A stretch of DNA of 64,000 nt from the human T2T-CHM13v2.0 reference genome, Homo sapiens: the NCBI RefSeq assembly GCF_009914755.1, contig NC_060939.1; one strand, given 5' to 3'. Position 1 is the first letter of the stretch, and every line of letters starts with the position of its first letter. Below the pieces are notes generated by a model. It saw only the letters and a program-made list of their open reading frames with translations, was not told the DNA's origin and made no database searches. Position numbers and translations under genes: made by a program. Below, piece after piece: positions 41,301-56,866 of this stretch.

Positions 41301-41340
41301 AGAAGAAGAAGAATTTTGGATCAAGGATTATTGACCTCTT
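40709..41340. mobile_element. MER46C/Tigger4-type element split by AluJ
   Basis: tatattatgtaaca; cagttcaggtcaggtttt; tggattttagga. Confidence 0.55.
40979..41313 (+). mobile_element. AluJ with long poly-A and (GAA)n tail
   Basis: Full dimer; about 37 A then gaa repeats. Confidence 0.92.
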
Positions 41341-41533
41341 TTTGTTTAGTGTTTCTTAGGATATGTAGAACCTATTCTTGTGAAGAGAGAAAGATACGTT
41401 GTTCTTCTGTTTTCACCTTTATGAACCATATATGTTTCTGGTTGAAATTATGTGTATAAACACGTGAACACATTTATACATTATACATATATGTGCATAC
41501 AACTATATACAAATTTAGGAAAAGCATGTGCAT

Positions 41534-41534
<1 letters not shown>

Positions 41535-41579
<45 letters not shown>
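41535..41579. repeat. (TG)n microsatellite, about 22 units
   Basis: Directly visible. Confidence 0.95.
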
Positions 41580-41581
<2 letters not shown>

Positions 41582-42630
41582 GGGTGGAGAGGGAGAGAAA
41601 GGTGGATGGTTGGGACAAGGGGAGTGGTTAACCGGGCCTGTTAGCATTGTTTCATCCTTGTGCTAGCTCAGGTTTGGTACCTAACATGGTGTGAAATAAG
41701 ACCTTAATTGCACTTTCACAGCTGTGTTTAGCACGTAAGCTGATCATGAACAAATTCTCTTGTCAGAGATAAAAGCTTGAAATTCCAAGACTATGTAAAA
41801 TCACAGACAATTAGAGTGTTCTGTGTACTGTACAAAATAATGTTAAAAAAAATTCAAACGGTCATAGCACAGTATAGTTTAAACTGCTGTTTTACTAATT
41901 CTTCTGGAGTGAGAAACATTTTCTGTAGTAGTTAAGCACCCAAAGAAGCCATTTTACCTTGCCTGTTAAAAAATGTGTGCAAGGTCTGTGGTTCAAGATT
42001 GAGAATGAAGGATGTGTGAGCCAATTGAATAGGTAATAGGAGTTCAGGTAAGCAGTTTAGGTAATGGTTTAAATTGGAGAAAGGCCAGACCATAGGGATT
42101 AACACCCTACCATTATGAAAAGTCCCATAAGATCTCAGATGACCTCAAGAGGCTTGTACTTTTGTTTGTTAAGAACCTTTGTAAGATTGTGCTAAGACAC
42201 CGTGAAAAATACTGAGGCTGTAATGTTGCTTAACCATCTAAGTACCAGTAAATGTGGTAGAAATTATCTTTCTACTCAATTATAGCAACTAAAAGTCAGG
42301 CCCTGAATCAGTCAGAGGAAATGAACTCTTGGGTTGGAATGCACATAATTTCTTTTTATATATCAAAATGTTCAGTATTTCTTTGAGGTCCCAGATCTGA
42401 ACAAACATTATTTCATGAGAAGATACACTTTTATTTCCTTCCAGTGCTTCTACAATGCTTTTTCTCCAATCCCGTGTTCTTTGCTGACAACAGCAAGTGT
42501 GTGTTCTTTGAGAGGTCAATAAATGCTGATTTCTGCAAGAAAACTCTTAGGAAGTGAGCCTAGACATTGTGAAGAGGAAGTACAAAGAATGAGGCAATTA
42601 AATGAAGAATATTGCAAAGGATTATTTTAA

Positions 42631-42706
42631 ATTGTGAGTCAGAAGCCAAACTAATTTTGACTACTAAAATTGTGAGTCAGAAGCCAAACTAATTTTGGCT
42701 ACTAAA
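42631..42706. repeat. 38-bp tandem duplication containing TGAGTCA
   Basis: attgtgagtcagaagccaaactaattttg(a/g)ctactaaa twice, 1 mismatch. Confidence 0.95.
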
Positions 42707-44393
42707 TTAGTTACTTCCCTCGGGCCTACCAATCTTCATATGTATACCATGGCTTATTTTGACTTAGCTGGTTAATTTATCCAGATACGTAGATGGTAGC
42801 AAATTGGCATTATCAAACTCTACTTTTTCATACCAAAGAGCAAAATAAGTGTGCTTATAACCGTAGTTCCTGTCTTTATAAAAATGTATGAATAAATTTG
42901 AGCCATGTAAATTAAGGTTACAGAACAGATAGCATTTAGTGAAGAAAAGCTGGTCCTTAGAGTATATCATTATTTACCCCATAGTACCTACCTAATGAAA
43001 TCTAGTTTTAATGATTCTTTTTAGGACACCAAAGCTCATGAAGCCTATTACAATAACGTGTTTAATTCTGAGTAATTGTTTTTCCTATTTAAATGAAGAA
43101 CTCAGTGACTAAAAATTTATTTCCTGCAAATTTTCTTAGATGATAGAAGTTATACGTAGTAAAACCAACAGGACCAACTGTGAGGCTGAAGGAATTTCAG
43201 TTAAGAGGTTTTAATTTTTATCAATTTAAACTGTGTTTTGAGGAGTGGACAGAAAGGGAAGAGGGATATTTTGAGATCACCCAGCAGTTTTTGATCTTTT
43301 GTCAGTTCTTTTGTAATGCTATAGATGACTACAATTTGAAACTTGAAATAAGAAATTTTTTGTATTGGGTGATTCACAAACTGTTGGGTTTTCTGAATGG
43401 CTTAAGTCCTTTAAAGAAACAGTTTTAAAAAGACATAGCATGAGAACAGGATCATAATTATTCTGTAACCAGCAGTCTGTGTTGGTTACAGAAAGTATGC
43501 TTTTGTTTAACATTATAAATAAATTACCTTATATTGCTGCTTACGTTTCTGGTTTTTGGTGTGTATGTTATCAATGTTGACCAAAATTAACTGAATATGG
43601 TGACAAAACCAGAGAAAAAATTTGAGCTTCTGTTGATAAATAAAATGTAAATGCTACTTTTTGAAATAAAACTTTACACTTATAGGCTTTTATGTATGAT
43701 CTGTGTTTTCTTGAGGAAATGTTGATTAAGTAGTTTCCATTTTGGTATTACAGTATGTCCTGTTGTAAGTAGCTGACTGTGTAAAAATCTTTTAAGTCAA
43801 AAAAGCAGCTCAGCTTAAACCCCTACTATTTATTATGGCAGAAACCAGAAATAGAAATCTTCCAGAAGTTTTATAATGTATTACATTCCTGCATATCTTT
43901 TGGAGTAAAATTAAAGTTTTAAAAAGAGGCTGTTCACAACAGAAGTTACTTTATGTATCCTTATGTATATCCTTATATACACAGTATCTTTTAAACACAA
44001 TTTACTAAATACTTGTCTGCATTTTTTAAAAAAGAAAACCCTAGCCCAAAATGAATGACAAAATTGTCTCGTTAGATTTGTAAGATGTGTTGTTAACCTA
44101 TAAAATAGGTGAATTAAGTATAATTCTGACAAAATTAGTTACATGTAATACATAGCAGGATGTACTTGTTTGGGATGAAACAAAAAATCTTCAAAGTTTT
44201 CTATAGTGTTTTCTGTTAAGGAACTCGTTTATTGATTTATTGAAGATCTTTGGCTGTTTTTGATAATAAAAGAATCTTGGTCTATAATATTACTAATTAA
44301 TAAATAAGTTTTTGAGGATAACGCCAATACTTGAATTTTGATATCTACTTGCAACATGCAGTAATGCAATATTTAGTGAGCTTAATTAGTTGC

Positions 44394-44703
<310 letters not shown>

Positions 44704-45464
44704 TAGTTACTTTTAAATGTTACTAACAGAATCTGAGGAGCGTGGTTTGTGTCCTCAGAATAAATGTTTAAGCTTTGAGTGTCTGCCTGTGTCATGAGGA
44801 AAACAGGGAGAGGAGAAAATTTCTTGTTGCTGCTATTTTATTTGCATTTAAGACTAGTCATTGTTAGGTAACTATGGAATCTTCACTGCTTTACAGTTTT
44901 GGTGCATGTCAGGTTCAATAATTTTTACTTTAAAAAGTTATTTTTACATTTTAATGAGATTAAATTGTTTACCAATTAACATTGTACTATAAAAGGAACA
45001 GAAATGTGACTGGCACTTGGAAAGAAAAGCTGTCATCTGTAGACTGATGTGTGGTATTCTAATTTAAATTCGTGGTTTGGCAGAATTAAATTTGGATTTT
45101 AACATCATCCAGAAGTAAAAGTTATGTGCATTTTCAAGATAAACTCAGGAAATAAACCATATAGGAAAGACTCATTTTTGCTTCAGAACACAGTAAAGAT
45201 GAAACTTTGAAAATGCTTTCTAATCATTCAGTGTAAACCTATTTACCAAGTTAAACTGGTCATGTGATATTTCATATATCACTTGTATTAGTATGTGGTC
45301 TTATGCTTATAAAGTTAATGTGCTTAAAAATAACAGCTAAAACATATAGGCAGTGATTATTAAACAAGAACATTAAAATACGATTCAAAATTGTTTAATT
45401 GTACCTTTTAGCAGAAATACCATTTTAAAAGATAGTAACATTTTATTTTCTGTCAGTAAAAATA

Positions 45465-45789
45465 TAGTCATGTGTCACTTGACAGGGATAAGTTGTAAGC
45501 AATTAGTTATTAGGTGATTTGGTCATATGAACTTCATAGATTGTACTTACATAAACCTAGGGGGTATATAGCCTACTATACACTAGACTATGTGGTATAG
45601 CCTGTTGCTCCTAGGCTACAAACCTGTACAGCATGTTACTCATCTTAGTATACAGAATACTGCAGACATTTGTAACAATGTGTATCTAAACATAGAAAAA
45701 GTACAATAAAAATGTTGTTGTAATCTTATGGGACCTGTCATATATGTAGTCTGTTGTTGACCCAAATGTCATTATGTGGTACATGACTG
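45465..45789. mobile_element. Tigger3a/MER7
   Basis: agtcatg ... catgactg termini flanked by TA; gctcctaggctacaaacctgtacagcatgttact. Confidence 0.85.
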
Positions 45790-46494
45790 TATTTTTGTTT
45801 GAACTGTTTAGTGACTGTCAACAAGAAATTGTACTGTCCAATATGACTTAAAATGTTAGTTGCTATAGTTATAAAGAGCACAAAGAGTGTGCATATTTAG
45901 GATTTTGGTCACAGTTTTTGCACTGTGTTTTGAAAGAAACATTGAAGCTAATGTGAATGTAGTAGACAATTAGTATTTGAATTGAACTTTAAAGTGTATT
46001 ATGTGTCTGAAATTAATTCCAGAGTAGTGACCTTGAAAGTCCAGATCAGCAACTCTGACTTCCCATGTTCAAAACAAAGGGCCTTTTCTTATTTATGGAT
46101 GGTAAAAGATGTAAAAATACCATCTTAATTCTTAACAGTGTGATGTATAGGTAATGGTGAATACCACAGTGTTACTGAAGCTGTATCATATAACTCAATA
46201 GCTAAATTTAAGTAATTGATATTTTTGGTCTATATTTTCTTTTAAAAGTATACTATAATCGTGTTTAAACTGTTTACTGGTTATAGCAATGACAATTTAC
46301 TTTGCAAAGTATATAAAAAATAAAGATTTTAAAAATAACATTTTCCAAGAGATGACTATTTATTGACATTTTGATGTTGATTTCCTAGCTTTTTTCTCTG
46401 CATATATTACATATTATGCATATTTATACCAACATTTAAATTAGGATCATACTGCTTCTGTAATGTATTAGATTTTAACATTAGAAAAAATATT

Positions 46495-46655
46495 TTAAGT
46501 CCTGCAAGCAGAGAATGGTGTTTGCATTTTAAATGGTTATAGTTTAAATGGTTATGAGACCCTACATTATATCCTCATTTTTCCTCTTGACCTGCAAAGC
46601 CTAAGATATTTTCGTATCTGGCATTTTAAGAAAAAGTTTGCTGAACTCTTCTCTA
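46495..46655 (+). mobile_element. MER58-type fragment
   Basis: gcaaagcctaagatattt...tatctggc...aaaaagtttgctga. Confidence 0.6.
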
Positions 46656-47513
46656 AAGGAAAAACTGTGTTCTCCTACAGATTCTGTCTGCAGCATTCTC
46701 TCCTTGCAGGACTTAAAACAAAACAAACAAAACAAAAAAACCAGGCAGCTGGGTGGATTTAGAAATCCTGGCTATAGTTTGCAAACCTTTGCTTTAGAAG
46801 TTTGTTTGCTTATATTGTGTTTATATTTTACAGTGTGTGTGTGTCTGTCTTTCTAAATCTTTCTTGACATTATTGCCTCAAAGGCACTGAGACAGCGTGT
46901 GTTAAAACCCAAGGACACAGATTGTAATTCTAGTCTTATTGCTGTAGGAATCAGTTTGCTGGTTTCTAGAGGGTGGGCTGACCTTGACTTAGTAAAGTAT
47001 AGTACTTTTTGTCTCCCTAGTAGAAGTATTAACTGACCTTTAAAGTGAACTTGATGCACCCTCTTCAGGAAACAGGAAACTGTTACATTTGGGTGTGATA
47101 TTAGGAGATGAGGATACTGTGTAGGAGGTGTTGGACCTGCCTAAAGTGTTTGGCCTTGAAATGTCAAGGTTGCTCTCCCAAACCTAGTTTTCCTTGACCT
47201 GGCTGTTTTTCTAACTTCAGAGACGGACTTAAACAATAGAGTTTATTAGATTATATGTCTGTGTAAACAAATGAAGATTAAAAGACAAAAAATAAAGTAG
47301 TTAAAAATGAAATGTCTTACTTTTTCTTGTTTTAGGATAAAAATTGTATTAATACCTTAAAATGTATTCAGCAGGCAAAAACTTCGGTAGTTTCGGTATT
47401 ACAGTGACACCATTTATTTTTAGGCATAGTCTTGTCTTTTTTTTTTTTTTTTTTTGGTAAATATTATACCATTTTCAACTTAATGTGAAAAGCTTTTCCA
47501 GTTAATCTTTATC

Positions 47514-47558
47514 GTGTGTGTGTGTCTGTGTGTGCGTGTGTGTGTGTGTGTGTGTGTG
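47514..47558. repeat. Imperfect (TG)n microsatellite
   Basis: Directly visible. Confidence 0.9.
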
Positions 47559-48070
47559 AAAGAAAATGTGTTTTAGGCAGCATCAGTAGAGCAAAATAAG
47601 ATTTAATGTTGTTACTTCAAAACTGTATCCCTAACAAGACGATACAAAATTCAGAGTGTTTTGGCCCCTTTTCTAGGACAGATTTAGAAACTTATAGACT
47701 TGTAGTTATAGGATAAATGTATGCCAAAGCTTTCTTCAAAGAAAGCTCCATCATAAGGTGGTTTTTCTTCGTGGTGCTTATATTTTACAGGAACATTTAG
47801 AGGGATGTGGTGTTTCTATTTTTCTTTGCCCTTCTAATCAGCAATTAAAAAAATATTGGATCTACAGGTTTGGGGGGTAAATTCTATTGCAGATTTGTTA
47901 TTAACACTACTCTACATATCTGTTGGCCTGTAGCATACTTACTGCAGAACTTGTAGCTTGATAGCCCAATGTGTTCTTGGGTTATGATTCTGAAATACTG
48001 CTGAGCTTTAAAAACTTTAGCAGCTTTGACCAGAACACCTACGTTAAAATTTCTTTATAACTCTTCAGAA

Positions 48071-48381
48071 TTTTTTTCTTTTTCTTTTTTTTTTTTGAGA
48101 CAGGGTTTTGCTCTATCACCTAGGCTGGAGAGTGAAGTGGCATAATCATGGCTCACTGGAGCCTCTACCTTCCAGGCTCAAGCAATGCTCCTACCTCAGC
48201 CTCCACAGTAGCTGGGGCCACAGATGTGCACCACTGCACTTGGCTAATCCTTAAATTTTTTTGTAGAGATGGGGTCTCACCATGTTGCCCAGGCTGCTGT
48301 CAAACTCCTGGGCTTAATCAGTCCTCCCACCTCAGCCTCCCAAAGTGCTGACATTACAGACGCGAGCCACTGTGCCTGGCC
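48071..48381 (-). mobile_element. AluJ-like
   Basis: Full dimer; TSD tcttcaga. Confidence 0.92.
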
Positions 48382-49258
48382 AGTCTTCAGATTTGTTAAC
48401 AAATCTCAGGGGTTTGCTTTAGTCTCCCAAGCTCGCCTTACGTAAATGTGTCATGTAATGAAAGATGATATTCCCAACCCACCATCTCACATATTCAGTT
48501 GATTTTCACTAACCGTGAAGGATTTGCACTGATTTATGCATCCAATTCTCTCCTGATTTCTTTACTTTTCCTCCTCTTTTCTCTTTCCTCACCAGTCTTC
48601 CGTTTCCATCTAATGACTAGTGTCCCACATTGGACAAGATAAAATGGTTGACCAGTTAGAGACATAGGAAAAAGTGGAATATTGAATTTGCATTGAAAGG
48701 GCTGAACTTGTGACCTTATGTTATCTTCCATATAATTCTAATTGCTACAATATAAGGTTTTAATTTACTCAGTTCAGAAAATCTAATTGTTTGACAGTAA
48801 AGTTTGGACCTATTTATATAAAGTTTGGAGGAAATATGATCTTATCAATATGCACTATGGAAAATGTCCTTTTTAGTCTGTGAATTTAGAGCTATACCTA
48901 CTGCTTGAATGAAGATGGTCTAAAGATTTAAAAGACATTTAGGGTTAATAAGTTTTCATGGCAAAACATTTAACATTTTTAAACTAAATTCAGATGAGTT
49001 ACTCATTTTTTGTGTACCTTAATTCCTTCCAAATACTCTTCTGTCAGAACTACAAAGTTAAATCTCAATTATAGTGCCCTTTTTTTTATTTAGGGAAATA
49101 ATTATCATCATTGATTAATACATTGTACAAGGGTTAACTGTCTTTTAACCATCAGGGTATAGAAAAAGTAAGTTGGTTAAAACAACTTTTAAGTTTATTA
49201 TGGAGATAAACACTATTGTCATATGATTCTTTAGATTTCCTTAAAAATTGATCTCCTA

Positions 49259-49592
<334 letters not shown>

Positions 49593-52454
49593 CTAAATCC
49601 AGTCTCCTTTAATTAAGTTTTATTGCCACATTCTTTCTGCTTTTAATTTTTTGTTGTTGTTGTTAAAACTAAATTTTACAGCTTTTGTTTCTCACGTAGC
49701 AGCCAGGGTTTGAAAGAGATTAAGGGTCATTCTTCTGAAATAAAACATGTCCTGAATAATTTTAATTTGAGTCTACTATTGAAAGTCACATAACATTTTG
49801 TTGAATGGTGATTCTTACCTAATCACCTGTAAATGGATCACAGACACAAATACCTAGTGATGTGCTATACATTATGCCATTGTGAATTTTATAAAGGCTA
49901 AAGAGTGAGGAAGTAGAGTTCTTCTTTTCTGATAGTGCACTACAAAATTTTGAGGACCTTGCAGTGATCATCTGTAGTCATAAAAGCTGTTTAGCCAAAA
50001 CATGATTGGATTTTATTAATAGTGTTACGGCTATCTTTTCATGAGTTAGTTACCATGTGAATTAGTGCAATTTTGGTGAATAGAAGAATGCTTAGGACTA
50101 TTGTCTTATTTTAAATTACCGATTATCTTTTTATAAGGATATTTGAGGAGTTCATGTGTCAGTGAGAATTGAGCAACTGAGAAGAAGTTAGAGGTTAGTT
50201 CCCTTTTCCAAGTATGATGGATTAACCACATGCACCCCGTCTTTCTCACTGAATGCATCTATAAAACCTAGGCAAAATGGATGGAACTCTTCTGGACTCT
50301 GCAGAATAAATAATACCAGGTGGGATATGAATGAAGACTAGCATTCAGAATACCATCTCACTGGCTGTGAGTTTACCATTTTTTTTTTCTTCCAGCATCC
50401 CCAGACAACTTAACACAATCTAAAACCTAAAAGTGGGGCAATCTGAAACAGAAAGCTCTAAAAGACGCCTGCTACTTCTGGCTCAAGGAACAGGAAAGAT
50501 AACTGCTAAGTTCAGAATGAAAATTTTGTCATTTTTTTTGTCTTCTCCATCTCTCATGCCCTATTCCCAAGCAACCGTGTGGTAATGGCAGCAGAGACTA
50601 CAGCAGGAGCCCATGGTCAAAACTGAGGGATGAGAACTTTCCTCTCCAGTTGACAAATCCCATTGCTTTTTCTTTTTCCTTCTTCATCTCTTTGTTCTTC
50701 CATTTCTTGTTTCCAAGTCAGATACAGTATCAGAAGTGTGACCCAAGAAGAGTACCAAAGATGCAGCATTCTGGATGAAGGAATTAAAAGGGATGCCTCA
50801 GAGAATTGGAAAGTACTGAGACCACGTGTAAAGAGAAGCTTGGAAAAGCAATACCATAAAGTTCTTTATGAATTCCCTGAACTATACATACTTGGAAATA
50901 AAGGCTGTCACCCAGGCTAACCATTCGATGATACAAAAGTGGGACAAATTCAGATGGCACAGCATAAGCCTTTGAAAGTTGAACTGATGCTGGAACCATG
51001 GCTATAGAAGCCATGTTAGAGCTCATGGCCTAATCCTAACCAAATGAATCACTTGTTAAAACAAATATATTACCAGTGTCCACAGGATTTAAACAGGAAC
51101 CAGAGTTTCATAGCAATATGTTAAAATTCCCAGGTTATAATCCAAAATTAGCTAACATATGAAGAACAAGGAAGATTTCAACTCACATGAGAAGAGGTGA
51201 TCAACATATACCATCATGATAATAACGTTGGAATTATCTGACAGAGATTTTATGGTAGCTATTATAAAATGTTTCAACAGACAATTGTGAACACTCTTGA
51301 AATGTATGAAAAAGTCTCAGCAGAGAAATAGAAGATACAAAGAAATGGAAATGTTAGAACTGAAAAATACAATAAGTTAGGGGAAAAAGACCACTGGATG
51401 GGTCAATAGCAGAATGTAATGGCAGGAAAAAAATCAGTGAACTTGAAGATAAATCAATAGAAATTTTTAAATCTGAACATTAGAGAAGAAAGAATTTTAA
51501 AAAATTGAACAGAGCCTTAGGATATTATGGGAAAATAACAAAGTGTTAGACATTTAAACAAGAACCAAAATTTCATAACAATATTTTTAGACATCCAGGT
51601 TGTAATCCAAAATCTAACATATGAAGAACCAGGAAGATTTCAACTCACAATGGAAGAGGTAGTCAACATATAGAAAGAATGTAGTTTTGAGAAAATATTT
51701 GAAGAATTAAATGGCTAAAGACCTCACAAATTTATTGAAAGACACAAACATACAGATTCAGAGAATCAGAAATGGAATAAATCCAAATAAATTTATGCCC
51801 AGATATGTCATAATTAATCTGAAAACTAAAAACAAGAAAAAAACTATTGAAAGCAGCCAGAGGAAAATGACATTGCTCCTTGGGGGGAGCAATGATTCTA
51901 ATGACTTCAGATTTTACATCAGAAACCATGGGAGTAAGGATAAAGAAGAAAAAACAATTTGTTCAGTACTGAAAGAAAAGAACTGTTTATAACTAGCAAA
52001 AGTATTTTTTAGGAATGAAGGTGACATAAGGGCATTTTCCGGTAAAGGAAAAACTAAGAATATCTGTTGTCAGCAGACGTGATCTAAAAGAATTGCTAAA
52101 AGATGTTCTTAAGACAAAAGGGAAATTTATATCAGAAGAAAACTTGACATTAGGAATGAAAGAAGATAAACAGAAATGGTAAATATTTGGGTAAATATTG
52201 TAGATGGTTTTTCTCCTCATGAATTCTTTAAAATACGTTGGATAATTGAGAGGAAAAGTTATAACATTATCTGATGTGATTTTCAGTGGCTGTGGCATCA
52301 AATATAACATCTATGATCCACTTGAAGAGTAAAATATTGATTCCAAATAGACCCTGAAAAGTTAAATATGTATGTTATAATCCCTAGAGCCACTACTTAC
52401 AAAATAAGTAGGTAGGTTAGAATTACAATGGATAAATTAAAAAATATTCAAATA

Positions 52455-54904
52455 TCATGCTGTTTTGGTTACTGTAGCCTTGTACAGTTTGAAGTCAGGT
52501 AATGTGATACCTGCAGCTTTTTTTTTTTTTTTTGCTTAGGATTGCTTTGGCTATTTCGGCTCTTTTTGGGTTCAATTTGAATTTTAGAATAGTTTTTTTC
52601 TAGTTCTGTGAGAAATGACATTGGTAGTTTGATAGGAATAGTGTTGAATCTGTAAATTGCTTTGGGTACTTAGGTAGTGTGGTCATTTTAATGATGTTGA
52701 TTCTTGTAATCAGTGAGCATAGGATGTTTTTCCATTTATTTGTGTCATCTCCGATTTTCTTTCAGCAGTGTTTTGTAATTCTCCTTGTAGTGATCTTTTA
52801 CGTCCTTGATTAGCTATATTCCTAGATATTTTATTTTTGTGGCTATTGTAAATTGGAGTGTGTTCTTGTTTTGGCTCTTAGGTTAAATGTCACTGCTGAC
52901 TTTTGTACATTGATTTTGTACCCTGAAACTTTATTGTAGTTGCCTATCAGCTCTAGGAGCCTTATGGTATAGTCTTTAGGGTTTTTTAGGTATAGAATCA
53001 TGTAGTCCATGAAGAGAGAGAGCTCATCTTCTTTTCCTATTTGGATGGCTTTTATTTCTTGCTGTTGCCTGATTGCTCTGGCTAGGACTTCCAGTACTAC
53101 ATTGAATAGAAGTGCTAAGAGAGGCATCCTTGTTCCAGTTCTCAAGGGGAATGCTTCCAGCTTTTGCCCATTCAGTATGATATTAGCTGTGGGTTTATCA
53201 TGGATTACTCTTATTATTTTGAGTTATGTTCCTTCAAGGCCTAGTTTGTTGAGGGTTTTTATCATGAAGAAATATTGGATTTTATTGAAAGCTTTTTCTG
53301 CATCTATTGAGATGATCATTTGGTTTTTGTTTTTAATTCTGTTTATGTGGTGAATCACATTTATTGATTTGTGTATGTTGAACCAGCCTTGCATCCCAGG
53401 AATAAAGCCTACTTGATCATGGTGAAATACCTTTTGATGTGTTGGGGGATTCAGTTTGGTAGTATTTTGTTGAGGATTTTTGTGTCTGTATTCATCAGTG
53501 ATACTGGCCTGAAGTTTTCTCTTTTTGTTGTGTGTCTGCCAGCTTTTGGTATCAGCATGGTCTTGGCACAAAAAAAGATGATGCAACAGAGTAGAGAACC
53601 CAAAAGTAAAGCCACACACCTACAACCATCTGATTGTTGACAAAGTCAGTAAAACTAAGCAGTGGGGAAAAGACTTCCTATTCAATAAATGTTGCTTTTA
53701 ATAACTGGCTATCCATATGTAGAAGAATGAAACTAGACCCCTACCTATCAGTGTATACAAAAATTAACTGAAGATGGATTAGGGACTTTAAGACCTCAGA
53801 CTTTACAAATCCTGTACGAAAACCTGGAAATACTCTTCTCAACATTAGCCTTGGCAAGGAATTTGTGGCTAAGTCCTCAAAAGCAGTTGGCAACTAAAAG
53901 AAAAATTGACCAATGAGACCTAATTAGAGAGCTTCTGGACAGCAAGAGAAACTATCAAGGGAGTAAACAGACAACCTACAGAATGGGAGAAAATATTCAC
54001 AAACTATGCATCCAACAAGGTCTAATGTCCAAAATCTTAAGGAACTTAAATCAACTAGCAGATAACCCCATTATAAAGGGACAAAGGACATGAACAGACA
54101 CTTCTCAAAAGAAGACATACAAGTAGCCAACAAACATATTAAAAAATGCTCATAATCACTAATCGTCAGAGAAATTCCTATCAAAACCACAATGAGATAC
54201 CATTTCATACCAGTCAGAATGGCTTTGTTAAAAAGTCACAAAATAACAGATGCTGGCAATGCTATGGAAAAAAGGGAACACATAACACTATTGGTGGGAG
54301 TGTGTAAATTATTTCAGCCATTGTGGGAAGCAGTTTGGAGATTTCTCAAAGACCTGGGAGTTGAACTACCATTTGACCCAGCAATCTCACTGCTGGGTAT
54401 ATACTCAAAGGAAAATAAATTGTTCTGCCAAAAAGACACATATACCCGTATGTCCATTCTAACACTCTTCACAAGAGCAAAGACATGGAATCAACACATG
54501 TGCCTATCAGTGGTGGATTGGGTAGAGAAAATGTGGTACACATACGCAATGGAATACTATGCAGCCATAAAAAGAACAAAATCATGTCCTTTGCAGCAAC
54601 ATGGATGCAGTTGAGAATCATCCTGTGGGAACTGATGCAGAAAAAGAAAACTGTACACCACTTGTTCTCACTTACAAGTGAGAGCTAAATATTGGGTACA
54701 CATGGTCATAAATGAGAACAGTAGACACTGGGGAATACAAGAGGGGGAGGAAGGGAAAGGAGTAAGGGTTGAAAAATAACTACTTATTAGATATTGTGCT
54801 CACCACCTGCAGGAGGGATTCATTTGTCCTCCAGACCTCAGCACCATCCAGTATACCTATGTAACAAACCTGCACATATACCCCCAGATTCTAAAATAAA
54901 AGTT
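52455..54904 (+). mobile_element. L1PA13-16/L1PB-class insertion with 5' inversion (52455-53555 antisense, 53553-54904 sense)
   Basis: ORF2 RT homology on minus ([15 protein letters not shown]) and ORF2 C-terminus plus 3'UTR on plus; perfect TSD aaaaaatattcaaata (52439-52454 and 54905-54920). Confidence 0.9.
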
Positions 54905-55447
54905 AAAAAATATTCAAATAACCCAAAAGACAGGAAAGGGGAAACAGGGATTAATGAGAAAACAAATAATAAAATGGTAGATTTAAGTTCTTACACATCA
55001 GTAATTACGTTGAATTTTTAAATGCTGTAAACAAATCAATTAAAAGTTTGTCAAGAGTCCATAGAAAAAACCCACTTTATGCTGTCTATTGGAAACTTAC
55101 TTTAAATATGGTATAGGTGGGTTAAAAGTGAAAAGATGGAAAAAGATATAGCATGCAAACACTATTGGAAAGAAAACCCTAGTGGCTATATTAATAACAA
55201 AGCAAACCTCAGAGCTAAGCTAATACCCAAATAAAGAGGAACATTACATATTGATAAAAGAATTGATTTGCCAATCCTAAATGTGTAAGTAGCTAACAAC
55301 AGAATTTAAAAATAGATGAAGCAAAATCTGATAGAACTTAAAGGAGAAATAGGGAATTCAATAATTATAATAGAAAATTTCCACATTCTTCTCTTACGAA
55401 TAGAACTAGTAGACAGAAATTACTAATGGTATAGAATGCTTGAAGGT

Positions 55448-55750
<303 letters not shown>

Positions 55751-56189
55751 TGCTTGAAGGAGACTATCAACCAGATAAATCTAATTGACATTTGTAGTAT
55801 GCTTTACCCAATAATAGCAGAATATACATTCTTTCCAAGTACAGAAGGAACTCAGCATTTATAATTGAAGACTTCAAAATTCTTTTCTTAGGAATAGATA
55901 GAACTAGTAGACAGAATCACCGGGGGTACAGAATGTCCGAACAACATTATCAACTAGATAGATCTAATTGACCTTTATGGAATACTTTACCCAACAGCAG
56001 CAGAATATACATTCTTTCCAAGGGAACAATGCTCTAAGACAGACTGTATCTCGGTCTTAATACAAACCTTAACAAATTTAAAAGAATTGAACTTACAAAA
56101 AATATATTCTCAGATCATAATGGAAATATATTAGAAATCAGTAACAGAAAGATAACACAGAAATCTCCAAGTACTTAGAAATTAGACAT

Positions 56190-56626
<437 letters not shown>

Positions 56627-56866
56627 TCATCTTTAGCAATACAGCAGAAAAAGGGAAGACATAAAAAACTAGTATCAGCAACCAAACAGGGGATATCATT
56701 ACAAACTCCACAGGAATTTTAAGGATAAGTGATACTAAAAAACTCTATGCACATAAATTTGACAACTTAGGTGAAATAGACTAATTCCTTGGGACAGTAA
56801 CTACCAAAACTCACCTAAGATGAAACAGATGATCTTGTATAGTCTTTTAACTATTAAGTTGAATTT

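Noticed and set aside
52843-54614. Reverse-transcriptase-like ORFs as a novel retroelement system
   Set aside because: They are frameshifted fragments of one inverted L1 copy
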